Below are positions 48,340 through 60,100 of a DNA stretch of 64,000 nucleotides, one piece after another. The number at the start of each line of letters is the position of its first letter. The first letter of the stretch is position 1. This stretch comes from the human T2T-CHM13v2.0 reference genome, Homo sapiens. Under the pieces are notes generated by a model, which was not told where the DNA came from, searched no databases, and was given only the letters and a program-made list of their open reading frames with translations. Position numbers and translations under genes: made by a program. Location: NCBI RefSeq assembly GCF_009914755.1, contig NC_060931.1. One strand, 5' to 3'.

Positions 48340-49216
48340 TTTTTTAATTTTAATTTTTTTTATTTCCATAGGTTATTGGGAAACAGGTGGTATTTGGTTA
48401 CATGAGTAACTTCTTTAGTGGTGATTTGTGAGATTTTGGTGCACCCATAACCCAAGTAGTATACACTGTACTCAATATGTCGTCTTTTATCCCTCACCCC
48501 TCTCCCACCCTTTCTCCATGAGTCCCTAAAGTCCGTTGTGTCATTCTATGCCTTTGCATTCTCATAGCTTAGCTCTCACTTATGAGAGAGAACATATGAT
48601 GTTTGGTTTTCCATTCCCGAGTTACTTCACTTAGAAGAATAGTCTCCAATATCGTCCAGGTTGCTGTGAATGCCATTAATTCATTCCTTTTTATGGCTGA
48701 GCAGTATTCCATCATATATATGTACACCGCAGTTTCTTTATCCACTCATTGATTAATGGACATTTGGGTTGGTTCCATATTTTTGCAATTGCAAATTGTG
48801 ATGCTATAAACATTTTTGTGCAAGTATCTTTTTCATTTAGTGACTCATTTACCTCTGGGTAGATGCCTAGTAGTGGAATTGCTGGATCAAATGGTAGTTC
48901 TACTTTTAATTATTCAAGGAATCTCCTCACTGTTTTCCACAGTGGTTGTACTTGTTTACATTCCCGCTAGCAGTGTAGAAGTGTTCCCTCTTCACTCCAT
49001 CCACGCCAACATCTATGATTTTTTGATTTTTTGATTATGGCCATTCTTGTAGGAGTAGGTGGTATTGCTTTGTGGTTTTGATTTGCGTTTGATTTGCATT
49101 TCCCTAATTATTAGTGATGTTGAGCATTTTTTCATATATTTGTTGGCCATTTATACGCCTTTGAGAATTGTTTATTGACCTTAGCCCACTCTTTGATAGG
49201 ATTGTTCGTTTTTTTC
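48340..49216 (-). mobile_element. L1PB1/2 3' end, 5'-truncated
   Basis: TTCCATAGGTTATTGGGAAACAGGTGGTATTTGGTTACATGAGTAA is the L1PB 3'UTR; degenerate TSD TAGGTTGCAATT / TAGGCTGCCACT. Confidence 0.9.
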
Positions 49217-50129
49217 TAGGCTGCCACTGTTTTAATAAAATAGTTTTTTTCCTTTTTACTAGATCATTCTTATGATTCAGTTTTACTAGCATTTGGCAAT
49301 TAGCAATTATTGTATATAAATAAAGTTGTTTCGTTCTCTGAAGAACCTGCAGAGAACCCTCGTCTGGAGAAAAATTCTGTCAGGTCTAATATTTGTTAAG
49401 TTCTTAACAAAGAACCTGGAACACAGGCAAAGCTCAATAATTTTATTAAATTCAAACTGCATTCTTGCTGGTGAGCAAAACCAGTGTCTAAGGACTTACA
49501 TGCTACATAGTTCTTTGATGCCAACATTAGATATAGAATGATTAGCAAATACGTTCCAAAATGCTTAATTCTTGTGAAAAATGTTTCAAGGTATACTTGA
49601 GGTATTATCCTTTTTTGTAAAGGCCATTTGAGATGACAATTTTTGAACTACTTTATTTTAAAAGCATTTATTATTAAGAAATTCATTAATTAGTACTCAC
49701 TGCACCCTACTTTTAGTCCTGCATAATGCACCTGTATTTTTGTACTAAAAGGTAAATACAAATAAATGAAAATGAAAATATTGAACTCTAAGTATGTCAG
49801 GATTCCTATAGACATTTCACACTCTGAGATTATGCAAATTATGATAATCATGTTAATAAAGATTTGGATGAATTAATTGTTATTCAAAATGGATTAGTTT
49901 GCAAAACTTCAAATTAGTCTAAAATGGAGAGATTTTTCTGGCCTCATTCTATCTTCTTCGCAGGTCTTTGAAGACAGCTGTGTAGTATAGTTACTGTGAT
50001 GATATTGTCACAGAAATAAGTTGAAGCATTTTGTGTATTTTGTGTACTACCAATGCCTAAATAACTAACTGAAAAATGTATATATATTCATAGAAAGATA
50101 CCAGGGACAAGTGGAAAGTTACTTAACAA

Positions 50130-50325
50130 TGATGTGAACTTTGACATACTTAAACTCTTTCGGTCTCAAATTTATTGTTCAGTACAATGGTTAACAATAA
50201 GGTGGTTATAACTATTTTATAATCATCCTATAACAATTGAGTGACTGTAAAAATGAAATAAGATAAACTTTCATTAAAGAACCTAGCATAGTATAATGAC
50301 AGGTACATAAAAGTCCTCAAGTTTT
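50130..50325 (+). mobile_element. MIR
   Basis: ACTTAAACTCTTTCGGTCTCAAATT...AAAGAACCTAGCATAGT...TACATAAAAGTCCTCAA. Confidence 0.55.
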
Positions 50326-51464
50326 AATTCTTATCCAAATTCCCGTAACTCTATTTCCAAGGCCTCAATTTTCTCACGAAAGGCCTCTTACTTTCTGAAA
50401 TTCTATGATTTAGTTTTTAGTTCAATTAATATTTTAGCAAATGAGTAAGTTAATGAATTAATATATTTCCTTTAGAGTTTACTTTCTAATGCACATGCTG
50501 TTATGGTCCTATATGAGGAAATGTCTTTTAATGTGCAATATTAAAATTCACAGTCACATAAAATGAATAAAGTTTTAATGTAGAATATAACATTTTTGAA
50601 TTCTAGAATTCAACTTACCAGAGAAAGAAAATCTTAGAAAACCTGGTTAAAATGGCTTTTGATAAGCACATTGAATATAAAAACAGGGTATTTATATATA
50701 TATATGGATATGTTTTCTATCTTATTTTCAGATCGTAATTAGCCACTATATAGGTTTTGTCCTTCACAGAGGTAGAAAAAATACATTTAATCACTTCCAA
50801 AAATCTGTTTGAGTCCTGATAGCCTGATATCCTTTGAAATGCTTAAACTTTGTATTTGGTATGATTCGAGATTTCACTAAATTCTCTATTGTCCCCACGA
50901 AAATGACTTATTTGGGTAGGGGGTATTTCTTATCTTGTTGGAAGCTTTATAAAGGATCAGTTATTGTATCTTTGAGCTGATGAAATAGTTTAACACTGCT
51001 CAAAACTTGTCCAAGATGCTGATATGTATCTTCAGTTAGACCATTTGAACACATGACTAATACACAGACCAAAGAGAACATTGTTTAAAAGAAATCTTAT
51101 CAAGAATCATGTAATAGATCTTAGGCTATTTGGATTTCCTCACAGGAAAATAGAAGCAAAGGCAGTGACAGCAATACTCAAAGTAGGAATTGAGCTCTGC
51201 TCCATGTGGATAATGACAACATCTGCATCTGTTGTGAACTTGCTCCCAAATCGGAGCCCTGTGTTTTTCAGCTTCCTGATGAACATTTCTACTTTGTACT
51301 GCACAATCGCCTCACTGTTAACATTCTGAAATCCACTCATTTTTCCTCTCCATATTTCTTTCTTACACACCTGTTCTTCTTGTCTGCCAGATGTTTGCTT
51401 TATATCACAATTGTCTTTTCCCCCTAATCTTGGCAACTCAGCATCATCTTTGATTCTGTTACTG

Positions 51465-51862
51465 ATTGGGTCTGAGATGGAGATAAGTATGCAGGAGGTT
51501 TAGCGTGTAGGAGCATGTAGGGGTGCTCTTGGGATCACTACCTGTGGAAAGGAAGGGAAGGAAAGAAAGAAGGATTGGGAAGAGATAAAACTTGGGATGC
51601 AATGTACTCTTACCAAAGCCTAGAGCTGACCTCGTTAGCAGTTTTAAATCTAGGATGTCCCTTCAGTACTGGCCTGTGTTGGGGTGATGGGACTGAGGCT
51701 TTTGTCTCCACTTTGGCCAGTCACTGGATACAGGTTGCCCCAGGAAACAAGTAGTAGATGTAGGACAAAGTGACTTTTTCTCAGCCAAAGAAATTTGGCT
51801 AAAAGGGGTAAGAAGTTCTTCAGTCAGGAAGAGATCTTGTCAGCACATAACAGTATCCACTG
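51465..51862 (-). mobile_element. LTR16-like ERVL solo LTR, within L2 pieces (~51190-52210)
   Basis: TCTGAGATGGAGA..TGCAGGAGGTTTA..TGCTCTTGGGATCACTACCTGTGG..CCAGTCACTGGATACAGGTTGCCC. Confidence 0.7.
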
Positions 51863-53669
51863 GAGACTCCTTTAACACAAACAAACAAACAAACCCACAA
51901 AAAGCTATTATACATGATCAGATCTTGTTTTCTTCATGATTTTAAATTTCCAAATCTCATCTCTTGCTGCCCAACCACCAATCTAGGTTAGGAGCTTATA
52001 GTGCCTAACATAGGCACTTATGAATAAGTAGGACCTCCTAAATCAGATCTATCCAATCCATCCCTTATCCATCGCATTTTTCAACCTCATGAAATGCTTC
52101 CATGAGCCCATAATTAGCCCGTTTAGTAACTCGTTGGCTCTCCATTGGCAACAGAATAAAATGCATTTCTTAGCTTATGATTCAAGAACAACCACTGTCT
52201 GTCTAAATAATATAGGTGTTGTCACCCCAATCTTCCAAGCACATGTTTTGCTTTGTTAGTGCCATTGATTTTTTTTTTTACATTTAACACCTAAAATAAA
52301 AGATCTACTTGGCTTATATGGAAATCAAATATCACATAGTTATCTGGTCATATTTACAGGGATATTATGTCCAATAAGCCATATTTACCTACAATTTTAC
52401 TTAGGTCCTGTAGAGAAAAATAAAAAATAAAAAAAAAGGGGTTGAGGATTTGCAAGAGGACATAGTTACACAGATCTAATGTACAATGATATTTGAACTT
52501 CTGTGGACTTGTTCTTATGAGTAACATCTTCCATTTTAATTAAGGTCAGATGAAAACTTTGGCATTATCCATGCTGAGTCCTGAGTCTCAATCATTCAAT
52601 GAATGAGTTGCTAGGACACTTAGTTCAATTAGCTATGAGGTATACACATGGACAGAATGTTTTACAAAACTTGGCCCTACTGACTTGAGACTCTCACATG
52701 TATTACAAAAACAAGTGTATCCCCATGGAGGTCTGACTGTATATCTGCCTTGTAAGATCATGGAATGTTAGTTGTGTTTAAGTTCCTTTAACCTTCTTTC
52801 TCAATTTATACCTTGTTTACCACTAAAAATAGACACCTAGCCTTAGTTGTTTTGGTTTTAAGATTGTTTCATTTATGAGTATATACTATTCTGTGGCTGA
52901 TTTTTTTTTCTCCCTGATTTCTCTTCCCCTGAGTTCCAAGTACTTTTCACAAAGAAAACCTTGTTCATAATTAAACATTTCTTACCTCAGGCTTGGTTTC
53001 AGAGAGAAACCATTCAATCAAAAGAGTGATGGAATTCTGTCACTCTGATGTTATTTTTAGAAGTTGTTTGGGTTTTGATTGACACATGTTTTGTGGTCTG
53101 TGTGTATGTTGCTGGGGATAATTTAATTTTAAGACATTAATAAGAAAAGCTCATTGACTCAGTCAAAGGGAAAATGACTTTTTGAAGTCACCACACAGTT
53201 TTAAGAAGGGATCATAGACAAGGAGAAAACGGCCAAGGAAACTTTGGTTTAGCTGGAGTGTCGTGCCATAGTCAGAGGATTCTGGGGGAAATAGAAAGCC
53301 CTAAGAATTAGTTCATATGTGAAACCCCACCTGCCATTTTGGTTGATTTCCTTTCTTATATCCTATAGGCAAATTTCCAGTGCCTACTGGTTTCAGTTTA
53401 ATAGGTGAGAAAAGCATAACACACATAAATAAGGTTTAAAAAACTTTTAAAGGCTCAAGAAAGAACTAAATGCATTCAGAAAAAAAGAAAAAATTAGATC
53501 TAGCCCAGTCTGAAAGGAAAAATAATGGCAGTTGAAATGTTGAAATTTGATTGAAAGATTTGAGATATAGTATTTGAAATATAGTATTCTAAATCATTTA
53601 ATTTAGAATACCATTAATTTTTAAATATTTTGGGATTGAAATCAGTTCATAATGTAGCTAGAGAATTTA

Positions 53670-54140
53670 ATTCAAATGTAAAGGAAGGACACCTGATATG
53701 CACTTCAATATCATTAAATTTAGAGGTCAGAATGAAGGCAGAAGAAGAGAGAAATGATTCTGCAGGACCAACCCATGTGGTAACATATTTATGCAGACCA
53801 CCCCAACATGATCGGAATATTACTGCCACAGTGGGGCACACCTTGAAATATGATGAAATGTTTCAAGGTTGTTAAATAAGAAAGAAGTTACGAACAGAAT
53901 TGTTTTCATCAAATTTTCACTGTGTAATAACACATTGTAAAACCAATATAGGAGTGGATTTACAAATTCTGGGCATACATAAGCCTCTCTGATGACTTAG
54001 CTAAGCTGGTTTTGAAAAGAAAGTGCAACATAATGGTGAAGATTATTCAATTTTGCTCGTGGAAACAATTGGGCACATAATGAATCAAGAAAAATGCTGA
54101 GATCGTTGAACAACAAAACTCAACACGATCATTTTTTGAA
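53670..54140 (+). mobile_element. possible ancient CR1/L3-clade LINE endonuclease fragment
   Basis: Translated motifs occur in CR1 EN order (see findings); heavily degraded. Confidence 0.4.
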
Positions 54141-54697
54141 ATCTTCCGTGTTGTTATGGTGATTTGTGTATTTAGAACTTAACAATGTGAATGGCATGAA
54201 GAATAAGTGATTATGCATTGCTGAATGCCTTTACAAGAGTTCGCTAAGAAGAAATTACTGCTTTATCATAAATGTATTGTTACTGCTTGAATGATGATAG
54301 CTGTATATTTGTCCCTTTACTCTCTCAGCAAACACTATTCATTTCAAGGTTTTGGTGTTACATCAAGCAAAAGACTCCAACTGAGAAATGGTACTATTAT
54401 ATACACACACATCTCCCTTGGAGGGTTTCTGCTATGAATCAATATTATGGAATGACTGTGTAGCATAAACAGTACATAGCATCTTTTAGATAATCATATT
54501 TAGAAACAGAAATCCTTTTATATGTGTATTGTTATAGTTTCATGTTAAAGAAGGTAAAAATCAGCAGAACTACTTTTAAAAAAAATCTTAGAGTAATACC
54601 TCCTTCCCATGAGCGTTAGTAAAGATAGGAAAGATGATCGTTTTATGCTACATATTTTCCTATTGCCAGGTCAAGTATTATAAAATTTAATACATAT

Positions 54698-55026
54698 TGT
54701 TGTAGGACTTTCTCCTTAGTTCAGCTGGAAACAGTGTTCTTGTCACACAACCATGAAAAATTAGGCTCACAGACACTTTGAAGGGTGAGAATGGCAGGGT
54801 TTATTGGGTAAAAACAAATAAAAAGGAACAGGGACTCTCAGCAAAGCCGGAGTCCTGCTACCAGGTTTCCTGCCTCATAGATTGAATCCCAGGTTCCACC
54901 CCAGAACAGGAGAGGCCAGGCTCCTGCCCCCTGCAAATGGAAAGAACTTACCGGCTCCACCCCATTCTCCCTGTACACAGGCCAATTAGAGTTTCTCTGG
55001 GGACCCCTTTGTACCTGGCTGTCTCA
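54698..55026 (-). mobile_element. MER61 ERV1 solo LTR
   Basis: Reverse strand begins TGAGACAGCCAGGT and ends CCTACAACA; 4-bp TSD ATAT on both sides. Confidence 0.88.
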
Positions 55027-55327
55027 ATATGAAGAAAAAGTAGTCATACTAAGATTTTTTTTTTCTAGAACCAACTATCTAACATAACTGTCAATAATTA
55101 GAAACAAAACTGTACAAAAATACTTATTATATAAATTTTTAAATAAATCCTTGCTAGGACTTTGCTCTCTGAAATTTGAAAGTATATTTTAAAACAAATT
55201 AATGCTTTATCTCCTTCCTAGGAATGTATTCCTCACATTGTAACAAGTTGATAACCAGAATTATAATTGCTAGTGAATCCGTTTTCTTATTCTATTCTCT
55301 GCTCACACATGTTTTAAGATGCCATGC

Positions 55328-56011
55328 GGTTACCAGCAGTGAATCCGTATGGGTCTGCAGCAACCTCAGTTCTTGCCTCCTCCAAAGAAAGAATTCAACC
55401 AAGGAGGCAGAACGCAGGAGAGATGGAGGCAATAGAGCATGAGTAAAAGTTTATCATAAAAGCTTTAGCGAAGGAATGAAAGGAAATAAAATACACTTGG
55501 AAGAAGGCCAAGCGGGTGACTTGAGAGATCAAGTGCCCTATTTGACCTTCTGACTTGGGGTTGGCATATTTCTAGGGTCTTGCATCTCTTCTCCCCTGAT
55601 TCTTGCCTTGGGGTGGGCTGTCTGCATGTGCAGTGGGCTGCTGGCACTTGGGAGGTGAGCAAGTGCAGTGTGTTTACTGGACTTGTATGCGTGCTCAGGT
55701 GAGGCATTCTTCCCTTACAAATCGAATGAACCTAGAAGGTCATATAACAAGTAAACTCTGCCATTTTGCTTCTTAAAGCTCATGCTTGAGTCCACTCCCT
55801 GAACTCCTGCTGATTGCATCACCAGTTTCAGGTTTTTTTTCTATCTATTGGGAGACTGCCTTTTCCTGGCGCTGGCTGTGACCAGTTATTATTTTAGAGA
55901 GGCAGTTAACAACCACCTGCCCATCACCTGATGGTGGCCCGACATTCCTGGTGGAGAGCAGGGAGAGCTCCCTCCTGCCCCGCTCAAGCCTTATTACTAC
56001 CTACTGTAACA
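55328..56011 (-). mobile_element. MER50 ERV1 solo LTR
   Basis: Reverse strand begins TGTTACAGTAGGTAGT; contains GGGTCTGCAGCAACCTCAGTTCTTGCCTCCTC; TSD ATGC / GTGC. Confidence 0.86.
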
Positions 56012-56014
56012 GTG

Positions 56015-56128
56015 CTATATAGATTGTCATGATGATTTTACAGGTGTATACGTATCCCCAAATTCATGAAGTTGTACATATTAAATATGTACAGCTTTTT
56101 TAATACCTTATTAAAGTGGTGTAAAAAT
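56015..56128 (+). mobile_element. old L1 (L1MB-MD) 3' end
   Basis: GATTGTCATGATGATTTTACAGGTGTATACGTAT..CAAATTCATGAAGTTGTACATATTAAATATGT. Confidence 0.65.
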
Positions 56129-57164
56129 AGTCGTGCTACATATGACTATTTTGTCATGGCCACTACTGTCATCTTGAGCATCGCAAATTAGTTATTCTAG
56201 ATGAAACAAAAAAGGCTTGCCTTTGACAATTTCTCAACATGTTTAGTATTTTCCAGGTTCAACCAATACCACTTTGAACTGCTCTAAATCAAGTAAGCCA
56301 GAATGTGTCTGGCAGCTGAACTACTGTGAACCTAATAAATATTATCATCATTTTCTATTGCTAATCAGGAGTTGCATTTTAGGCAATGCAAAGTGGGTGG
56401 GGTACTCACTTTCTGTAGATGATTCATGGAACTAACAATACATAATACAGCATCAAATTAAAAACTTATTTAAGTTCAATCTATGTGAAATAGAACAAGT
56501 GACAAATGACATAGGTTACTAGTAGTAAGTGGTAAGGGAGCTGGGTTTTGATTTTTTTTTAAACAAATTCTTTTCTAATGCATTTATTGCAGGCACAGAG
56601 CAAGTAATCTTACCATCAGAGTTTTTGTACTGCACTCTATTTTCCTTTTCAAGAAAGGAATTTCATGAATTGTTTTAAGCACAGCTGAGTGTTATTGTTC
56701 CTATTTTGTGCATTACTGTTAAAGTTCTCATTTCCTTTTCAAATGTGTAATTTTAAAGACGTGATGAATTCTTAAGAATAATTTTATGATGATTAGGAAA
56801 GCAATTTTTCGAGCTATATACAATTTAAATTTTATAGTGACAATCATGAAAAATAGAAATACACTTTGCAGCAAATTTGCGAAATTATTTCTGCTAAATG
56901 AGTGACTCACATAAAGCAATTTGGGTTTGTTTTATTTTATTTTTTGTCATTACATCATGCAGCTGTTTTCCTCTATCCCAAGAATGTAACTAGTGATTGT
57001 AGGATCATTTCAAATACTCAATTGTAAAATGGCAGTTTTACATATCTGTGGTGATTTAAAACTCTCACACACATGGGTGTTAATGGAAACTAGTTACTTT
57101 ATGAGTATTAAGATAATTTATTAATCTTAAATATAACTTTTCTCATTGTGGATGTTTTTGGTGA

Positions 57165-60100
57165 ACAAATACATTACTTCACAGTTATTTTTGTGGTGAG
57201 AACACTTAATATCAACTCTCTTTGTGTTTTTTAAGAATACAACATGATTATTATCTATGGTTGCCATACTATACAATAGATCTCTCCTCCTATTTAGCTG
57301 TAATTATGTTTCATTTGAGAACATCTCCACATTCTTCCCTCCAAACCACTCCAGCCTCTGTTAACCACCATTCTATTCTCTACTTCTATGAGATCATTTG
57401 TTTTTTGATTCTACATATGAGTGAGATCATGTGACATTTTTCTTTGTGTGCCTAGCTTATGTCACTAAACATACTGTCCTCCAGATTGATTCGATTTGTG
57501 GTAAATGACACGATTTCCTTCATTTTTATGGCTGAACAGTATTCCATTGTGTATATATACTATGTTTTAAAAATCCATTCATCCATTGGTAACATTTAGG
57601 TTGATTCCACATCTTGGCTATTGTGAATAGACGCTGTAATAAAAATGAGAGCAGATACCTCTTCAACATAATGACTTTATTTCCTTTGGATCTATACCAT
57701 TAACAAAAGTGTTAGATCATGCGGTAGTTCAATATTTAATTTATTCTGGAACATCCATACTATTTTCTATAATGACTATATTAATGTATATTCCCATCAA
57801 CAGTTGATAAGACTTCTGTTTTCTCCACATCCTTGCCAACACTTGTTATCTTTTTTCTTTCTGATAATAGCCATTCTAACAGGAGTGACATAATATCTCA
57901 TTTTGGTTTTGATTTGCATTGCTGTGATGAATAATGATATTGAACATTTTTATATGCCTGTTAGTCCTCTTTTGGGAAATGTGTGTTAATGTCTTTGCCC
58001 ATTTTAAATTGAGTTATTTGTATTCTTGCTATTGAGTTGTTTCAGTTTCTTATACATTTTGAATATTGACAAAATTTAACCTACATTTATCATAAAAGCA
58101 CTCCATGAATGTATCAGATGTGTAGTTAATCAGATGTATAGTTTGCAAATATTTTCTCCCATTCAGTAGGTTGTTTCTTCTGTCGATTTTCTCCTTTGCT
58201 ATGCAGAAACATTTCAGATTTTGGTAATTCCACTTGTCTATTTTTTTGCATTTGTTGTCTGTGTTTTTGGAGGCATATTTAAAACAAAACAAAACAAAAC
58301 AAAACAAACCTTGCCCAGACCAATGTCATGGAGTTTTCTCCTGTTTTGTTTTTGTTTTTGTTTTTTTTTAGCAGCTTTATAGTTTTGCATCTTATGTTTA
58401 AGTCTTATTCCATTTTTAATTGATTTTATATATGGTGAGAAATAAGGATTTAGTTTTATTCTCTGCATATGTATATCCAATTTATCCAATACCATTTATT
58501 AAAGAGACTGTTTTTTCCCCCATTTTGTGGTCTTAGTGCCTTTGTAGGAAATCAATTGGCTGTGAAAAAGTAAATTTATGATTTTTTTTTATTTCTGTGA
58601 AGAATGTCATTGGTCCTTTGATAGGGATCGAATTGCATTGTAGATGACTTTAAGTAGTATAGACATTTTAACAATATTACTACTTTCAATCTACGAACAT
58701 AAAGTCTTCCTTTTTATTTGTGTCTTCTTCAATATGTTTCACCAATTTTTCATAATTTTCAGCGTAGAGATCTTTCACCTCCCTGGTTAAAATTTTTGGA
58801 GTATTTTTTTATACCTATCAAAAAGGAGATTATTTTCTTGATTTCTTTTTCAGGTAGTTTACTGTTAGTGTACAGAAACACTACTGATTTTGATTTTTGT
58901 GTTAATTTTTATCCTGCACCTTTAATAAATGTGTTTGTTAGTTCCGACAACTTTTGGTGGAGTCTTTAGAGTTTTCTATAAAACGGATCATGTCAGCTGC
59001 AAACAAGGATACTTTAACTTTTTTTTTCCAATTTGAATTCCTTATATTACTTCCTTTTGCCTAATTGTTCTGGCTAGGACTTCTAGTACCATGTTAATAG
59101 AAGCGGTGAAAGCAGATGATATGGTTTGGCTGTGTCCCCACCCAAATCTCATCTTGAATTGTAGCTTCCGTAATTCCCACTTGTTGTGGGAGGGACCCCG
59201 TGGGGAGATAACGGAATCATAGGGGTGGTTTCCCCCATACTGTTCTCGTGGCAGTGAATAAGTCTCACAATATCTGACAGTTTTATAAGGGGAGGCTCCT
59301 TTCGCTTGGCTCTCATTCTCTCTCTTGCCTGCTGCCATGTAAGAAGTGACTTTTACCTTCCACCATGATTGTGAGGCCTCCCCAGCCACATGGAACTCTG
59401 AGTCCATTAAACCTCTTTTTCTTTATAAATTATCCAGTCTCAGGTATATCTTTATCAACAGCGTGAAAACAAACTAATACAGTGGATGTCCTTGTTTTGT
59501 TCTAGATCTCAGGGGAAAAGATTTCATCTTTCCCATTTAATATGTTAGTTGTGGGATTTTCATATATGGACTTTATTATGTTGAGGTATTTGTCTATACC
59601 TAATTCATGGAGTGTTTTTATGATGAATGCATGTTAAATTTTGTAAAAAGGTTTCTTCTGCATCTATTGAAGTGATCATATTATTTTTGTTGTCCACTCT
59701 GTTAGTGTGATGTGTCACATTTATTAATTCGCATATGGTAAGCCATCCTTTCATCTCTGAGGTAAATCTAACGTATCACAATGAATGATGTTTTCCATTT
59801 GCTGTTGAATTTGGTTTACTAGTATTTTGTTAAGGATTTCAAACCTATGTTCATCAGGAATATTGGCCAGTAGTTTGTGTTCAGATTTAATTGTATCAGG
59901 ATAATGCTGGCCTCATCTAATGGGTTTGGAAGTATTTTTTTCCTGTTTCAATTTTTTAGAAAAATCTGAGAATTGATATTAGTTCTTTAAATGTCTGGTA
60001 GAATTCAGCAGTGAAGCCATGAGGTCCTGGGCTTTTTACTGATGGGAGACTTTTTATTTCTTTTTAATCTCCTTATTCAATATTGGTCTGTTCAGAGATT

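Noticed and set aside
53584-53611. 11-bp-stem hairpin GTATTCTAAAT / ATTTAGAATAC
   Set aside because: Very AT-rich and short; compatible with background.
54698-55026. p53 response element in MER61
   Set aside because: MER61 subfamilies often carry one, but I found no RRRCWWGYYY dimer in this copy.
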